From a virus, in IMG/VR virus record IMGVR_UViG_3300031578_000014: DNA of 64,000 bases. One strand, written 5' to 3'. Position 1 is the first letter of the stretch. The number at the start of each line of letters is the position of its first letter. This document shows positions 1-8,788 of this stretch, one piece after another. The notes beneath the pieces were generated by a model. That model had not been told where the DNA came from. It saw only the letters and a list, made by a program, of their open reading frames with translations, and ran no database searches. The position numbers were made by a program, and so were the translations under genes.

Positions 1-16
1 GGAGCTCTTCTCCGAG

Positions 17-469
17 TTGGAGGGTAGACCCCTGCAGATCAGGGGCATGAGGAAGCGTCTTGAGCTATTGAGCAAGGCTGGTTTCTTGGATCGGGTGAAG
101 ACGCGTGGGCGGTGGATAACCGTTCTTAACCTGAGACATGGCACTGGTGGGGTATCTACTGGCACTCAGGGGTGCCACATCTATAGTAATGATGTTGATG
201 CTATAAAAGATACTCTTATACATCAACAACAAGATTCTATATGTGGCACTGTCAGTGCCACTGAAAAGAATCGCCTTTCGTTGGCGGAGGCCGGGATATG
301 GGAACCGACCTGCAGCGAACTAGCAGAACTGGAATGGGTGACGCCGGAGTACGTAGACGATCTTGTGGCCTATATGGGCGCTCAAATGGCCCGGGGCAAG
401 AAACTGGGTACTGGCTGGCTCGTGGAGCAGATCAGGAAAGCGAGGGAGGCGAAATGTCTGACTGGATGA
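17..469 (+). CDS. hypothetical protein, probably 5'-truncated by the window edge
   Basis: Track ORF 17..469; the frame stays open back to nt 2; no recognisable motif; contains the AT-rich/palindrome patch 139-261. Confidence 0.4.
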   Translation: MEGRPLQIRGMRKRLELLSKAGFLDRVKTRGRWITVLNLRHGTGGVSTGTQGCHIYSNDVDAIKDTLIHQQQDSICGTVSATEKNRLSLAEAGIWEPTCSELAELEWVTPEYVDDLVAYMGAQMARGKKLGTGWLVEQIRKAREAKCLTG

Positions 470-1071
470 CGACGGCGGAGGCGGTACAGGAGACGGGTTA
501 TCCTGGGCGCAGCAACGTGAAGACACTGTGCGCGCGTCACGGGATCACGATGCGAAAAGAACGGGGGAAGTGGCTGCTCAAGCGGGAGGAGGTCGAGGCG
601 CTGGCCGACCAGATGAGATACACAGCCGACATGAAAGCGTCAGGGATGAGGCGCTGTTCCCGGTGCCGTGAGTGGAAGGGCCCTGAGGGATTCTACGGCC
701 CGGAGCGGTACTGCATCCTATGCTGCAAGATCAGGAAGGCCGAGAGTAGGAAGGCCGAGAAGCGCAACAACCCCGAGCCGGAACCCCCAGAGGAGATCAT
801 CACCGGCGCGCCGGCCCAACCGGATGATAGCCTCAAATACGCCTGCATGGATAGGGGCTTCTACGCCAGGCCCATTCCCCGAGGCCTGACCAAGCACGAG
901 GCGTTCTGCCCTATCTGCGAGGCTCCCCGCTGCATGCTCCGGAGGGACTTGACCCCGGCTGAGGTTATGAGACTGCGCGTCAAAGGGGCGCGAGTGCCAA
1001 CGGTAGAGACGGTGACGTTGCCGAAGACAGCCCCTTCCTCGAAGGGAAGGACGTTCGCGAGTCGCAAATGA
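454..1071 (+). CDS. HTH DNA-binding protein (excisionase/MerR-like HTH) with Cys-rich C-terminal half
   Basis: ATG 454 behind a GAGGGAGG RBS, in frame with track ORF 298..1071; MSDWMTTAEAVQETGYPGRSNVKTLCARHGI..KWLLKREEV looks like an excisionase-type HTH; CSRC, CILCC, CPIC..C motifs. Confidence 0.6.
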   Translation: MSDWMTTAEAVQETGYPGRSNVKTLCARHGITMRKERGKWLLKREEVEALADQMRYTADMKASGMRRCSRCREWKGPEGFYGPERYCILCCKIRKAESRKAEKRNNPEPEPPEEIITGAPAQPDDSLKYACMDRGFYARPIPRGLTKHEAFCPICEAPRCMLRRDLTPAEVMRLRVKGARVPTVETVTLPKTAPSSKGRTFASRK

Positions 1072-1943
1072 AGCACGGTAGTCTGTTCGCTGGCATTGGA
1101 GGATTCGACCTCGGTTTTGAGCGAAACGGGATCGAAACGGTTTGGACGGTAGAGAAGGACAAGAACTGCAATCAGGTACTGGCTACGCACTGGCCGAATG
1201 TGAGACGCCATACAGATGTCAAGGAAGTCGGAAGACACAACCTCAGTCCAGTTGACATTATCTCTGGAGGATTCCCCTGCCAAGACGTATCAGTGGCCGG
1301 ACGCCGTGAGGGATTGGCTGGAGACCGGAGCGGGCTTTGGTTCGAGTTTGCACGCATTGTTGAGGAGATGGCGCCTCAGTGGGTCGTGGTCGAAAACGTC
1401 CCCGGCTTGCTTTCGTCTCAAGCAGGCCGAGACTTCCTGGTTGTCCTCCGAGCGCTGGAAGAACTCGGGTATTGTGGAGTCTGGCGCGTGCTTGACTCTC
1501 AATACTTCGGAGTACCCCAGCGACGCCGTAGAGTGTTCATTGTTGGAAGTCTTGGAAACGCAAGTAGCGTCGAAGTACTATTTGATGCCGACGGAAAACT
1601 TCTGGAGACGGTGGAGGGAGGGTTGGTTTCCAATACTCTTATCGGAAGAGGGACGGTTGATGCCTCTGGAGGAGCCGGCATTAGAAACTTAGTAGTAGCA
1701 ACGCTACGCACGTCTGGTGGCCCGGACAGCCAATATAGAAATGAATACATAGGCGATCGCCGGAATGGTGGCCTACGACTGAGAAAGCAAACGCCGATAG
1801 AATGGGAACGCTTGCAGGGATTCCCTGACGGCTGGACTGAGGGATTGAGTGACAGTGCACGGTACAGATGTTTGGGCAACGCGGTGACGGTAAACGTCGC
1901 CGAGTGGATCGGAAGAAGGCTAGTCAATGCTAATCTGCGCTGA
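1068..1943 (+). CDS. DNA (cytosine-5)-methyltransferase
   Basis: C5-MTase motifs FAGIGG (I), GFPCQDVS (IV), ENVPGLL (VI), QRRRRVFIVG (VIII), GNAVTV (X). Confidence 0.95.
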   Translation: MKHGSLFAGIGGFDLGFERNGIETVWTVEKDKNCNQVLATHWPNVRRHTDVKEVGRHNLSPVDIISGGFPCQDVSVAGRREGLAGDRSGLWFEFARIVEEMAPQWVVVENVPGLLSSQAGRDFLVVLRALEELGYCGVWRVLDSQYFGVPQRRRRVFIVGSLGNASSVEVLFDADGKLLETVEGGLVSNTLIGRGTVDASGGAGIRNLVVATLRTSGGPDSQYRNEYIGDRRNGGLRLRKQTPIEWERLQGFPDGWTEGLSDSARYRCLGNAVTVNVAEWIGRRLVNANLR

Positions 1944-3753
1944 CTCTAGGGCTGCGCTGGCAGAGATAGAAGAGGGGAGCGTGCAGTGCTGCATTACGTC
2001 GCCTCCGTATTGGGGGCTGCGAAGGTACGGCGATGCAGCGGAGATGGTCTTTGGCGGGGATCCTCAATGCGACCACGTTTTCAGCGGAGAGGTCGTTAGC
2101 GACATAAGGGAGGACGCAGCCCACGGCAAGACTAGGACCACGGATCGCTTCTATGGTGATGAGTCGAGGCGGTTTGACGGCAATCATCAGAAGCATGTCT
2201 CTACTCAGTTCTGCTCCCTCTGCGGCTGCTGGCGTGGTCAGTTCGGATTGGAGCCCACGCCTGAGATGTACGTGGAGCACACGCTGGAGTTTTTGCGGGC
2301 AATCTGGCGGGTGCTGAGGGATGACGGGGTTCTTTTTCTTAACCTGGGGGATTCCTATGCGGGCGCAGGCGATAGACGCGGGGGCAAGGGTGATGAGCAC
2401 GGCCAAGGAAAGAAATGGGCGACCTCCGCAGAGAGTATCGGCCTCAAGCCCAAAGACCTCTGCGGAATCCCCTGGCGCGTAGTCCTCGCGGCACAGGCGG
2501 ACGGGTGGTATTGGCGGCAAGTAGTTCCCTGGCTGAAGAGAAATCCCATGCCCGAGAGCACCGACGATAGACCCACAACCGCCCATGAATACTTCTTCAT
2601 GCTGACCAAGAGCGGCAAGCCTACCTACTGGACTCACAGAGACCGGGATGGTGTGCGGAAGAGACCAAAGGCAGACTACCGCTGGCAGAATCAGTTGACC
2701 GGAGAAGAAGTCTCGGAAGCCCCTGATGACTGGAAGCAGGTAGTCAAGTGCCCCGACTGTCAAGACGGTGAGATCATCCATGAGCAGTGGGGCGTGTCGT
2801 GGGCAGTGGAATGTGAGCGGTGCAAGGGCAAGGGAACTGTTCAACTCTGGAAGCGCGTCAACCTCTGGCGGGGGCATGACTACTACTGGGATGCGGATGC
2901 GATAAGGATGCCGGGCACAAGCGGACCATCGGACATCCGCAAGATGGTCGAGAAGAAAGACAGGATCGGCGGCAAGCACAAAACCTTAGACGATCCTCTG
3001 TCGAAAGCCAGCGCGAGCACTAACATAGGGCGCAAGCGGGCGGTAGGGAATCCCTCTGGCCGCAACCGCCGCACAACCGACTGGTTCTACGAGTCCATCC
3101 GCTACATCCTAGAGGGCGGCGAGCAAATGTTAGTCAGCCCAGAAGGGGATCCCCTGGCCCTGTGCGTGAACACGAGACCATACAAGGGAAGCCATTATGC
3201 GACGTTTCCGCCGGGGCTTATTCTGCCGATGATCCTAGCAGGAACCTCTCAGAAGGTCTGCGCTGAGTGCGGGGCGGGGTGGGAGAGGGTGACGGAACGG
3301 GAAACAAAAGAACCTAACTATCGCAAGGGAAACAGGCCGGAGACGGAGCACGCATATTGGGGCGAGTCGAATACACGCACTTTGGCAATGGTCCAAGATG
3401 TTCATACCCTCGGCTTCCGCCCCACCTGCTCCTGCGGCGATATGGTTGAGTGCGAACGGTGCCACGGCACAGGGATAGACCCAGAGGATGAGCCGGAGAT
3501 GGCTTGTCGCTATTGCCTCGACGCAGGCTACCAGCCAGAGACGAAGCCTCCAAAGAAGGCTATCATCCTTGACCCCTTTTGTGGTAGGGGCACGGTTCTC
3601 AAAGAGGCAAGAGCGCACGGCCGGGATTGGATAGGTATAGACGTCGATCCTCAGTCTATCAAGCTGGCGGAGGAATGGTTGAATCTAGGGGACGTCACCT
3701 ATGAGATTGACGAAGAGCACTGGATACAGCCGAGGCTAGGTTTACACGCGTAA
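1927..3753 (+). CDS. DNA methyltransferase, beta-class (SPPY; N4-cytosine or N6-adenine) with DnaJ-type zinc-finger insertions
   Basis: CCITSPPYWGL catalytic motif precedes AdoMet motif ILDPFCGRGTV; inserted CPDCQDGE..CERCKGKG and CERCHGTG..CRYCLDAG (CxxCxGxG-like pairs). Confidence 0.85.
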   Translation: MLICADSRAALAEIEEGSVQCCITSPPYWGLRRYGDAAEMVFGGDPQCDHVFSGEVVSDIREDAAHGKTRTTDRFYGDESRRFDGNHQKHVSTQFCSLCGCWRGQFGLEPTPEMYVEHTLEFLRAIWRVLRDDGVLFLNLGDSYAGAGDRRGGKGDEHGQGKKWATSAESIGLKPKDLCGIPWRVVLAAQADGWYWRQVVPWLKRNPMPESTDDRPTTAHEYFFMLTKSGKPTYWTHRDRDGVRKRPKADYRWQNQLTGEEVSEAPDDWKQVVKCPDCQDGEIIHEQWGVSWAVECERCKGKGTVQLWKRVNLWRGHDYYWDADAIRMPGTSGPSDIRKMVEKKDRIGGKHKTLDDPLSKASASTNIGRKRAVGNPSGRNRRTTDWFYESIRYILEGGEQMLVSPEGDPLALCVNTRPYKGSHYATFPPGLILPMILAGTSQKVCAECGAGWERVTERETKEPNYRKGNRPETEHAYWGESNTRTLAMVQDVHTLGFRPTCSCGDMVECERCHGTGIDPEDEPEMACRYCLDAGYQPETKPPKKAIILDPFCGRGTVLKEARAHGRDWIGIDVDPQSIKLAEEWLNLGDVTYEIDEEHWIQPRLGLHA

Positions 3754-3774
3754 AGATGAAGAGGGATACATAGT

Positions 3775-4536
3775 ATGAGTGAGGGCTGCGGGCAGAAGAT
3801 AGGGCCTTTTGATTGCTGCACTATCGTCACGGGCGAAGCTAGTGAGTTTCTAGTCGAATTGCCGGATGAGATAGCAGACTTTCTGCTCTTAGACCCGCCA
3901 TTCGATGTTCAGGGTTGGACAAGTAGTCATCATGGCTATCAGTTTGCGGCAGGCGCCAATTGGTCGTCGTGGGCACGTCAATGGGTCAGAGAATCCTACC
4001 GCATAGCTAAGGATGGGGCCGCGGTATTCGCGGTGGGCAACTATCAGGGATTCCATTACTTGGCATACGAGTTGGCTAGGGCGGGCTTCTCGCATCATAG
4101 CGATTATCAGGTCGCATATAAGGGCAGCCGCAAGCGCCCGACATTCAACAAGTTTCACGTCGTAACGGAATCTTGGTTCTATGGGACAAGGGGCGACTCA
4201 AACAGGTTCAAACAGCAGCAAGCGACGATAGTTCCCCTGACAGGAAACAATACGCATCTTTCATATTGGCTTGATCCGGACGGGACGGTACGGCGCTGGG
4301 AGAAATCCGAACAGCTGCTATCGTACTTTATCGATCTGACCACTGTGCCTGGCCAGCTAGTCATAGACCCATTTGTCGGATCGGGCACTAGCATCCTAGC
4401 GGCTTGGCAGGGGGGATGTCATTTCCTGGCGTGTGACATCAATCCCGAGCAAGTGGGGCGCGCCAGGGAGAGGGTGAGGAATACGCAACCGCCGCTATTC
4501 GTGATGCGGCCCGAACAACAAACGATGGAATTGTGA
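3775..4536 (+). CDS. DNA methyltransferase (DPPF; N6-adenine/N4-cytosine type), paralog of 21232..21894
   Basis: LLLDPPFDV catalytic motif and VIDPFVGSGTS AdoMet motif; N- and C-termini nearly identical to 21232..21894. Confidence 0.8.
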   Translation: MSEGCGQKIGPFDCCTIVTGEASEFLVELPDEIADFLLLDPPFDVQGWTSSHHGYQFAAGANWSSWARQWVRESYRIAKDGAAVFAVGNYQGFHYLAYELARAGFSHHSDYQVAYKGSRKRPTFNKFHVVTESWFYGTRGDSNRFKQQQATIVPLTGNNTHLSYWLDPDGTVRRWEKSEQLLSYFIDLTTVPGQLVIDPFVGSGTSILAAWQGGCHFLACDINPEQVGRARERVRNTQPPLFVMRPEQQTMEL

Positions 4537-4832
4537 GACAACTAGGCAAGGCCGGAACGAACTATACAGTGAGCAAAGTCTACGCCGCACCTCTGGGCGG
4601 ACCGGCGATGCGGGCTTACCTACGAGTCAGCGAGAAGGCTTGCGAGAGGTTCGGCACCTTGCCCTGCATCGAATGCCCCTTAGAGCCGTTCATCCCTGAT
4701 AAGGTCCCAGGCTGCGGCGCGGAGATCTGCGAGTCATGCCTTTCCAGGCCAGAGTGTCCTTGTGGCAACCTTAGATTCAGGGATGCACTACTTGAAGAAA
4801 TAGGAACCCAAGTTACTTTAATAAGTGGATAA
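4533..4832 (+). CDS. small Cys-rich hypothetical protein
   Basis: Track ORF; GTGA overlap with upstream stop; CIECP, CGAEICESC, CPCG motifs; 3' end carries promoter copy 4792-4827. Confidence 0.5.
   Translation: MRQLGKAGTNYTVSKVYAAPLGGPAMRAYLRVSEKACERFGTLPCIECPLEPFIPDKVPGCGAEICESCLSRPECPCGNLRFRDALLEEIGTQVTLISG
4792..4827 (+). promoter_or_regulatory. sigma70-like phage promoter, family copy 1 (TTGAAG-N16-TACTTT)
   Basis: TTGAAGAAATAGGAACCCAAGTTACTTTAATAAGTG; one of five near-identical elements with fixed spacing. Confidence 0.5.
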
Positions 4833-4879
4833 TCCTTTGAGCGCAGAAGAATCTGCATGACCAAGAAGGGAGAAAACAA

Positions 4880-5176
4880 ATGTCACACCCTTGGGAAGAT
4901 GTCGGAGGAACGCCCTGCCCCGAGTGTGGAGAGCCAACGGGTACTGTGATGCGTTCGGCTAGGGAGGAGAGGCCGAGTGGTCCGATTGAGATGCGCTATA
5001 GGTTCTATAAGGTCGAGCCGCATGGGCGCATGGGCAATGTGAGCAATCACGAAGATCACTTCGTCGGCGTCTATTGCCCGGCTTGTGGGTATGACGATGC
5101 TGACTACTCGACTCCAGCAACCTTACGCGAGATAGTCAATCCGCTGATTGAGGCATGTAATGAGTTCCTCGCGTAG
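4880..5176 (+). CDS. zinc-ribbon protein, paralog A
   Basis: MSHPWEDVGGTPCPECG...YCPACGYDD; about 70% identical by eye to 5547..5864. Confidence 0.7.
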   Translation: MSHPWEDVGGTPCPECGEPTGTVMRSAREERPSGPIEMRYRFYKVEPHGRMGNVSNHEDHFVGVYCPACGYDDADYSTPATLREIVNPLIEACNEFLA

Positions 5177-5239
5177 CCACGGCGGAGCCCGCAACGGCTC
5201 AGGGCAATCATGCCCGCAGAGAGAGGAGGAGGAAGAATC

Positions 5240-5509
5240 ATGCAAAGGCAAGCCAGAATTGAATCAAGTTCCGGTGGTGCATACACGGCCCATACTTGGA
5301 ACAACCGGACGGGTGAACATGCGCATGAACTCGTCTCAATGGACAACGGCGAGCATTTAGCCGTGTGGCCCCAACACGATGGCCCTGACTTTGACGGTTA
5401 CTACGCTGTTGGTCCAGACGGGGTAGTGCGCGGCTCTGACCGCCAAGAATATAACGAGTACCGATCCGCCCGATTCAGGGCTTGGTGTGGGGACTGGCGT
5501 AACCACTGA
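5240..5509 (+). CDS. hypothetical protein
   Basis: In-frame ATG 5240 behind GAGAGGAGGAGG RBS within track ORF 5210..5509. Confidence 0.55.
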   Translation: MQRQARIESSSGGAYTAHTWNNRTGEHAHELVSMDNGEHLAVWPQHDGPDFDGYYAVGPDGVVRGSDRQEYNEYRSARFRAWCGDWRNH

Positions 5510-5546
5510 GCGGGGCACAGTCAGCATATAGAGAGGAGAGGATACA

Positions 5547-5864
5547 ATGACACACCCTTGGGAAGATGTCGGAGGGACACCGTGCCCGGAGTGTGGGGCA
5601 CCGACAGGCACCGTGATGCGCCACTCTGAAGAGGAGCGGCCGTCCGGTCCAATAGAGATGCAGTACAGCTTCTATAGGGTCGAACCCCATGCGCGGATGG
5701 GCAATGTGAGCAACCGAGAAGACCACTGGGTCGGCATCTATTGTCCAAGCTGCGGGTATGACAATGCCGATTATGAAAAACCACTGAGTTCGCGGGAGTG
5801 TTTGAAGCAGATATGTGACGACCTGACCAGGGTCTGCCAAATACTCAAGTTGACCTATCATTGA
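5547..5864 (+). CDS. zinc-ribbon protein, paralog B
   Basis: MTHPWEDVGGTPCPECG...YCPSCGYDN; paralog of 4880..5176. Confidence 0.7.
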   Translation: MTHPWEDVGGTPCPECGAPTGTVMRHSEEERPSGPIEMQYSFYRVEPHARMGNVSNREDHWVGIYCPSCGYDNADYEKPLSSRECLKQICDDLTRVCQILKLTYH

Positions 5865-5920
5865 TCCCTCTGACCCTAGCATTGATCGGCGCACAGGACT
5901 AAACAACAAAGGGAGCAATC

Positions 5921-7993
5921 ATGATACCACTTCACCTTGAAATGAGTAACTTTATGTGTTACGCGGGCGCATCCCTTTCCTTCGACGCCATCCACCTCGC
6001 TTGCCTCACCGGTCAGAATGGTCATGGAAAGTCGGCCATTCTGGATGCCATGACTTGGGCGCTGTGGGGCAAGGCCCGCACTCAGAGGGACGATGACCTG
6101 ATGCGCCTGGGCGAGACGGAGATGTGGGTACAGTTCGATTTCGCCCTGGGCCCCAACCGGTACAGGGTGCTGCGCCAACGGCACAAGGTAGGAAGGGGAA
6201 CCTCCACCCTGCAATTTCAGATCAGGGAGGGAGCCAACTACCGAGCGCTCACCGGTGACACTATGAGGGACACCCAGGACCTGATCATTAAAACGCTGCG
6301 CATGGAGTATGAGACATTCATCAACTCCGCCTTTCTCGTACAGGGCAGGGCAGACGAATTCACCACGAAGGCACCGGCGGAGAGGAAGAAGGTTCTGGCT
6401 GACATCCTGGATCTATCTCTCTACGACACGCTAGAGGAGCGCGCTAAGGAACGCAGCCGGGAAGCCAATCAGAACTTGCAGCTAATCGAGGCCGCTATAG
6501 CGCAGATGGAACAAGAACTAGCTCTGCGCCCTGAGCATGAGAGGGAGTTGGAAACCGCAGAGGCGGACGCGAAGAGCCTAACGGAAGAGTTGAAAGCGGC
6601 TCAGGAGAAGTTGGCGGAACTGCGGGAGAAGGGCGCGGAGCTGGAGCAGAAACGCGCGCAACTAGAGGGTCTGGGCAAGGAACTGAGCGCCCGGACTAAT
6701 GAACTGGCCGTATTTGAGAAGAGGATCGCGGCCGTAGGAGAGACGGATGGGCAAGAGCAAGTGCAGATGGAAGAGATTCGCCGGCAACTGGAAGCGCTGG
6801 CGGAACTCGATCCGGAACGTGCGAACCTACAGGTTCAGATAGAAGGGCTATCTAACGAGCAAACCGCACTGAACACGGCCAATGCCCAACTGAAACGGGA
6901 GATGGACAAACTCAAATCGGAGATCGGCGTCTTGACCGGGGCGGAGGCGAAATGCCCTACCTGTCGCACGGCATTGACCGAAGAGCACCGAGACGAAGTG
7001 CTTGCAGAAATGGAAGCGGAAGGCAAAGAGAAGGCAGACCTGTATCGGGAGAACGCTGCCCGCCTGAAGGACGCGGGGACGGAATGCGGCAAAGCGCGTG
7101 ACGCCCTGGGAGAACTAGAGGCCAAACTCCGGGCGGAGAAAGCACTAAGGGAAAGGGAAGTCGCACTGACTCAGGCACTAGCCGAGGCCGCCAGTCAAAA
7201 GGAACGACTGGCGGAGTGGGAGGAGGGCGCCGGGAAATTGAGGGAGGCTCTGGAAGAGGGGCAGGAAAAGCGCGTCACCCTGACGGTAGAAGTGGAGGCG
7301 CTGGAGCGCATCGCCCGGGACGTGAACGAAGAGCGCAGAAAGGCGAATGATCTGGACATTCTGGCATCCCGGGCGGCACAGCAGGTCGGAGCCGCGAAGC
7401 AGCGACTGGATCATTGCGACTACCTAGAGAAGCAGAAGAAAGAGCGTCAGGCGGAGCGCGATCAAGAGGGCGCCCGCTGGACGCTCTACGAGGAATTGAA
7501 AGTAGCCTTCGGCAAGCGGGGCATCCAGGCCATGATCATCGAGGCTGCCATTCCTGAGATCGAGGAAGAGGCCAACAAGCTCCTCAGCAGGATGACCGAT
7601 GGGATGCACGTGCAGCTAAAGAGTCAGCGGGAGACGCAGAAGGGCGACATCAGGGAGACGCTGGACATCGAGGTGGCCGACTCTCTGGGCCCTAGGGACT
7701 ACGGCCTGTTCTCGGGAGGGGAGGCGTTCCGAATCAACTTTGCGATCAGGATCGCCATCTCGAAGTTGCTGGCGCGCCGGGCTGGAGCGCAGCTGCGGAC
7801 GCTGATCATAGACGAAGGGTTCGGCACTCAGGACGCTAGCGGTAGGGAGCGGCTGGTGGAGGCTATCGCCTCCGTGGCTGATGACTTCTCTATTGTCCTG
7901 GTAGTGACCCATGTGGATGAATTGAAGGACGCCTTCCCTGTGAGGATTGACGTATTCAAGACCCCGCAGGGTTCGCAGATAGAGGTGAGCTAG
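5921..7993 (+). CDS. sbcC: SbcC/Rad50-like SMC-type ATPase
   Basis: Walker A LTGQNGHGKSAILDA, long coiled coil with central CPTC zinc hook, signature LFSGGE, Walker B LIIDEGFGTQD. Confidence 0.9.
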   Translation: MIPLHLEMSNFMCYAGASLSFDAIHLACLTGQNGHGKSAILDAMTWALWGKARTQRDDDLMRLGETEMWVQFDFALGPNRYRVLRQRHKVGRGTSTLQFQIREGANYRALTGDTMRDTQDLIIKTLRMEYETFINSAFLVQGRADEFTTKAPAERKKVLADILDLSLYDTLEERAKERSREANQNLQLIEAAIAQMEQELALRPEHERELETAEADAKSLTEELKAAQEKLAELREKGAELEQKRAQLEGLGKELSARTNELAVFEKRIAAVGETDGQEQVQMEEIRRQLEALAELDPERANLQVQIEGLSNEQTALNTANAQLKREMDKLKSEIGVLTGAEAKCPTCRTALTEEHRDEVLAEMEAEGKEKADLYRENAARLKDAGTECGKARDALGELEAKLRAEKALREREVALTQALAEAASQKERLAEWEEGAGKLREALEEGQEKRVTLTVEVEALERIARDVNEERRKANDLDILASRAAQQVGAAKQRLDHCDYLEKQKKERQAERDQEGARWTLYEELKVAFGKRGIQAMIIEAAIPEIEEEANKLLSRMTDGMHVQLKSQRETQKGDIRETLDIEVADSLGPRDYGLFSGGEAFRINFAIRIAISKLLARRAGAQLRTLIIDEGFGTQDASGRERLVEAIASVADDFSIVLVVTHVDELKDAFPVRIDVFKTPQGSQIEVS

Positions 7994-8005
7994 GGAGGAT
8001 GGGGG

Positions 8006-8314
8006 ATGGTAAGTGAGGAAGAGATGTGCGAGATCATGAAGGGCGTGCGATGTATTGGGCCTAATAACGCGGGCGTGAAAGAGGCCGCCCACGCTATCGC
8101 CGAAGCGATGAAGGAGGGCGTGGTGTGGGAGGGCCCTGCAAAGATCGGCAAACATGGAGGCGTAGACCTAATCAGTCCCGTCTCTGGCGAAACGTATGGT
8201 GCCTTCTCCCCCTGGCCTCCCGGTAGGCTGGAGGAGACGCCAATCGGCCAGCGCCTCCAGCTGACCGTGACGAAGGTACAAGCCCCGCAGGGATCACAGA
8301 TAGAGGTAGCATAG
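8006..8314 (+). CDS. hypothetical protein inserted between sbcC and sbcD
   Basis: Track ORF with GGGAGGATGGGGG RBS; last 9 aa (PQGSQIEVA) repeat the SbcC C-terminus. Confidence 0.5.
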   Translation: MVSEEEMCEIMKGVRCIGPNNAGVKEAAHAIAEAMKEGVVWEGPAKIGKHGGVDLISPVSGETYGAFSPWPPGRLEETPIGQRLQLTVTKVQAPQGSQIEVA

Positions 8315-8324
8315 GAGAAAGCGA

Positions 8325-8771
8325 ATGGTTGAGCGTACTGCATACAAGACGACAACAGTACCCGTGAGCAGGAGTCAAGAAGCGATTCGCAACCTCTTGG
8401 TTAAGTATGACGTGATAGGTTGCCAGTTCACAGAGAACTTTGAGACTGGCGAGATCGTTCTACGGTTCGTCAAAAGGGTCAATGAGATACCGAGAACTGT
8501 CCGCATAGTGCTACCAACCGAAGACAACGAGAAGCAGGCATACCGGGCGCTCTACTACTGGATGAAGAGCCAACTTGAGGCGGTTGACTTTGGATTGCTG
8601 TCATTTGAGCATGTCTTTCTGGCGCACTTTGAATGGATGCTAGAGAGCGGTCAGACAGCTACTGTTGCAGACATAATTCTCCCGAGGTTATCGGCACAGG
8701 GATCAGGATGTTTGTTAGAGGCGCCGCTAGAAGACGACGATGTGCCTAATGGTGAGTTTAGGGAGGTCTAG
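8325..8771 (+). CDS. hypothetical protein
   Basis: Track ORF with AGGAGAAAG RBS. Confidence 0.6.
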   Translation: MVERTAYKTTTVPVSRSQEAIRNLLVKYDVIGCQFTENFETGEIVLRFVKRVNEIPRTVRIVLPTEDNEKQAYRALYYWMKSQLEAVDFGLLSFEHVFLAHFEWMLESGQTATVADIILPRLSAQGSGCLLEAPLEDDDVPNGEFREV

Positions 8772-8788
8772 GACGAGGGGAGCGAAAA

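Noticed and set aside
139-166. TGGCAC elements as sigma54 (-24/-12) promoters
   Set aside because: No TTGC(A/T) follows at the fixed 5-nt spacing after any TGGCAC copy.
1930-2979. 349-aa minus-strand ORF opposite the SPPY methyltransferase (similar shadows at 5475..5918, 48328..49089, 49172..49696, 45699..46343, 52329..52901)
   Set aside because: These are antisense shadows of well-supported + strand genes. They have low-complexity R/P-rich translations and no motifs.
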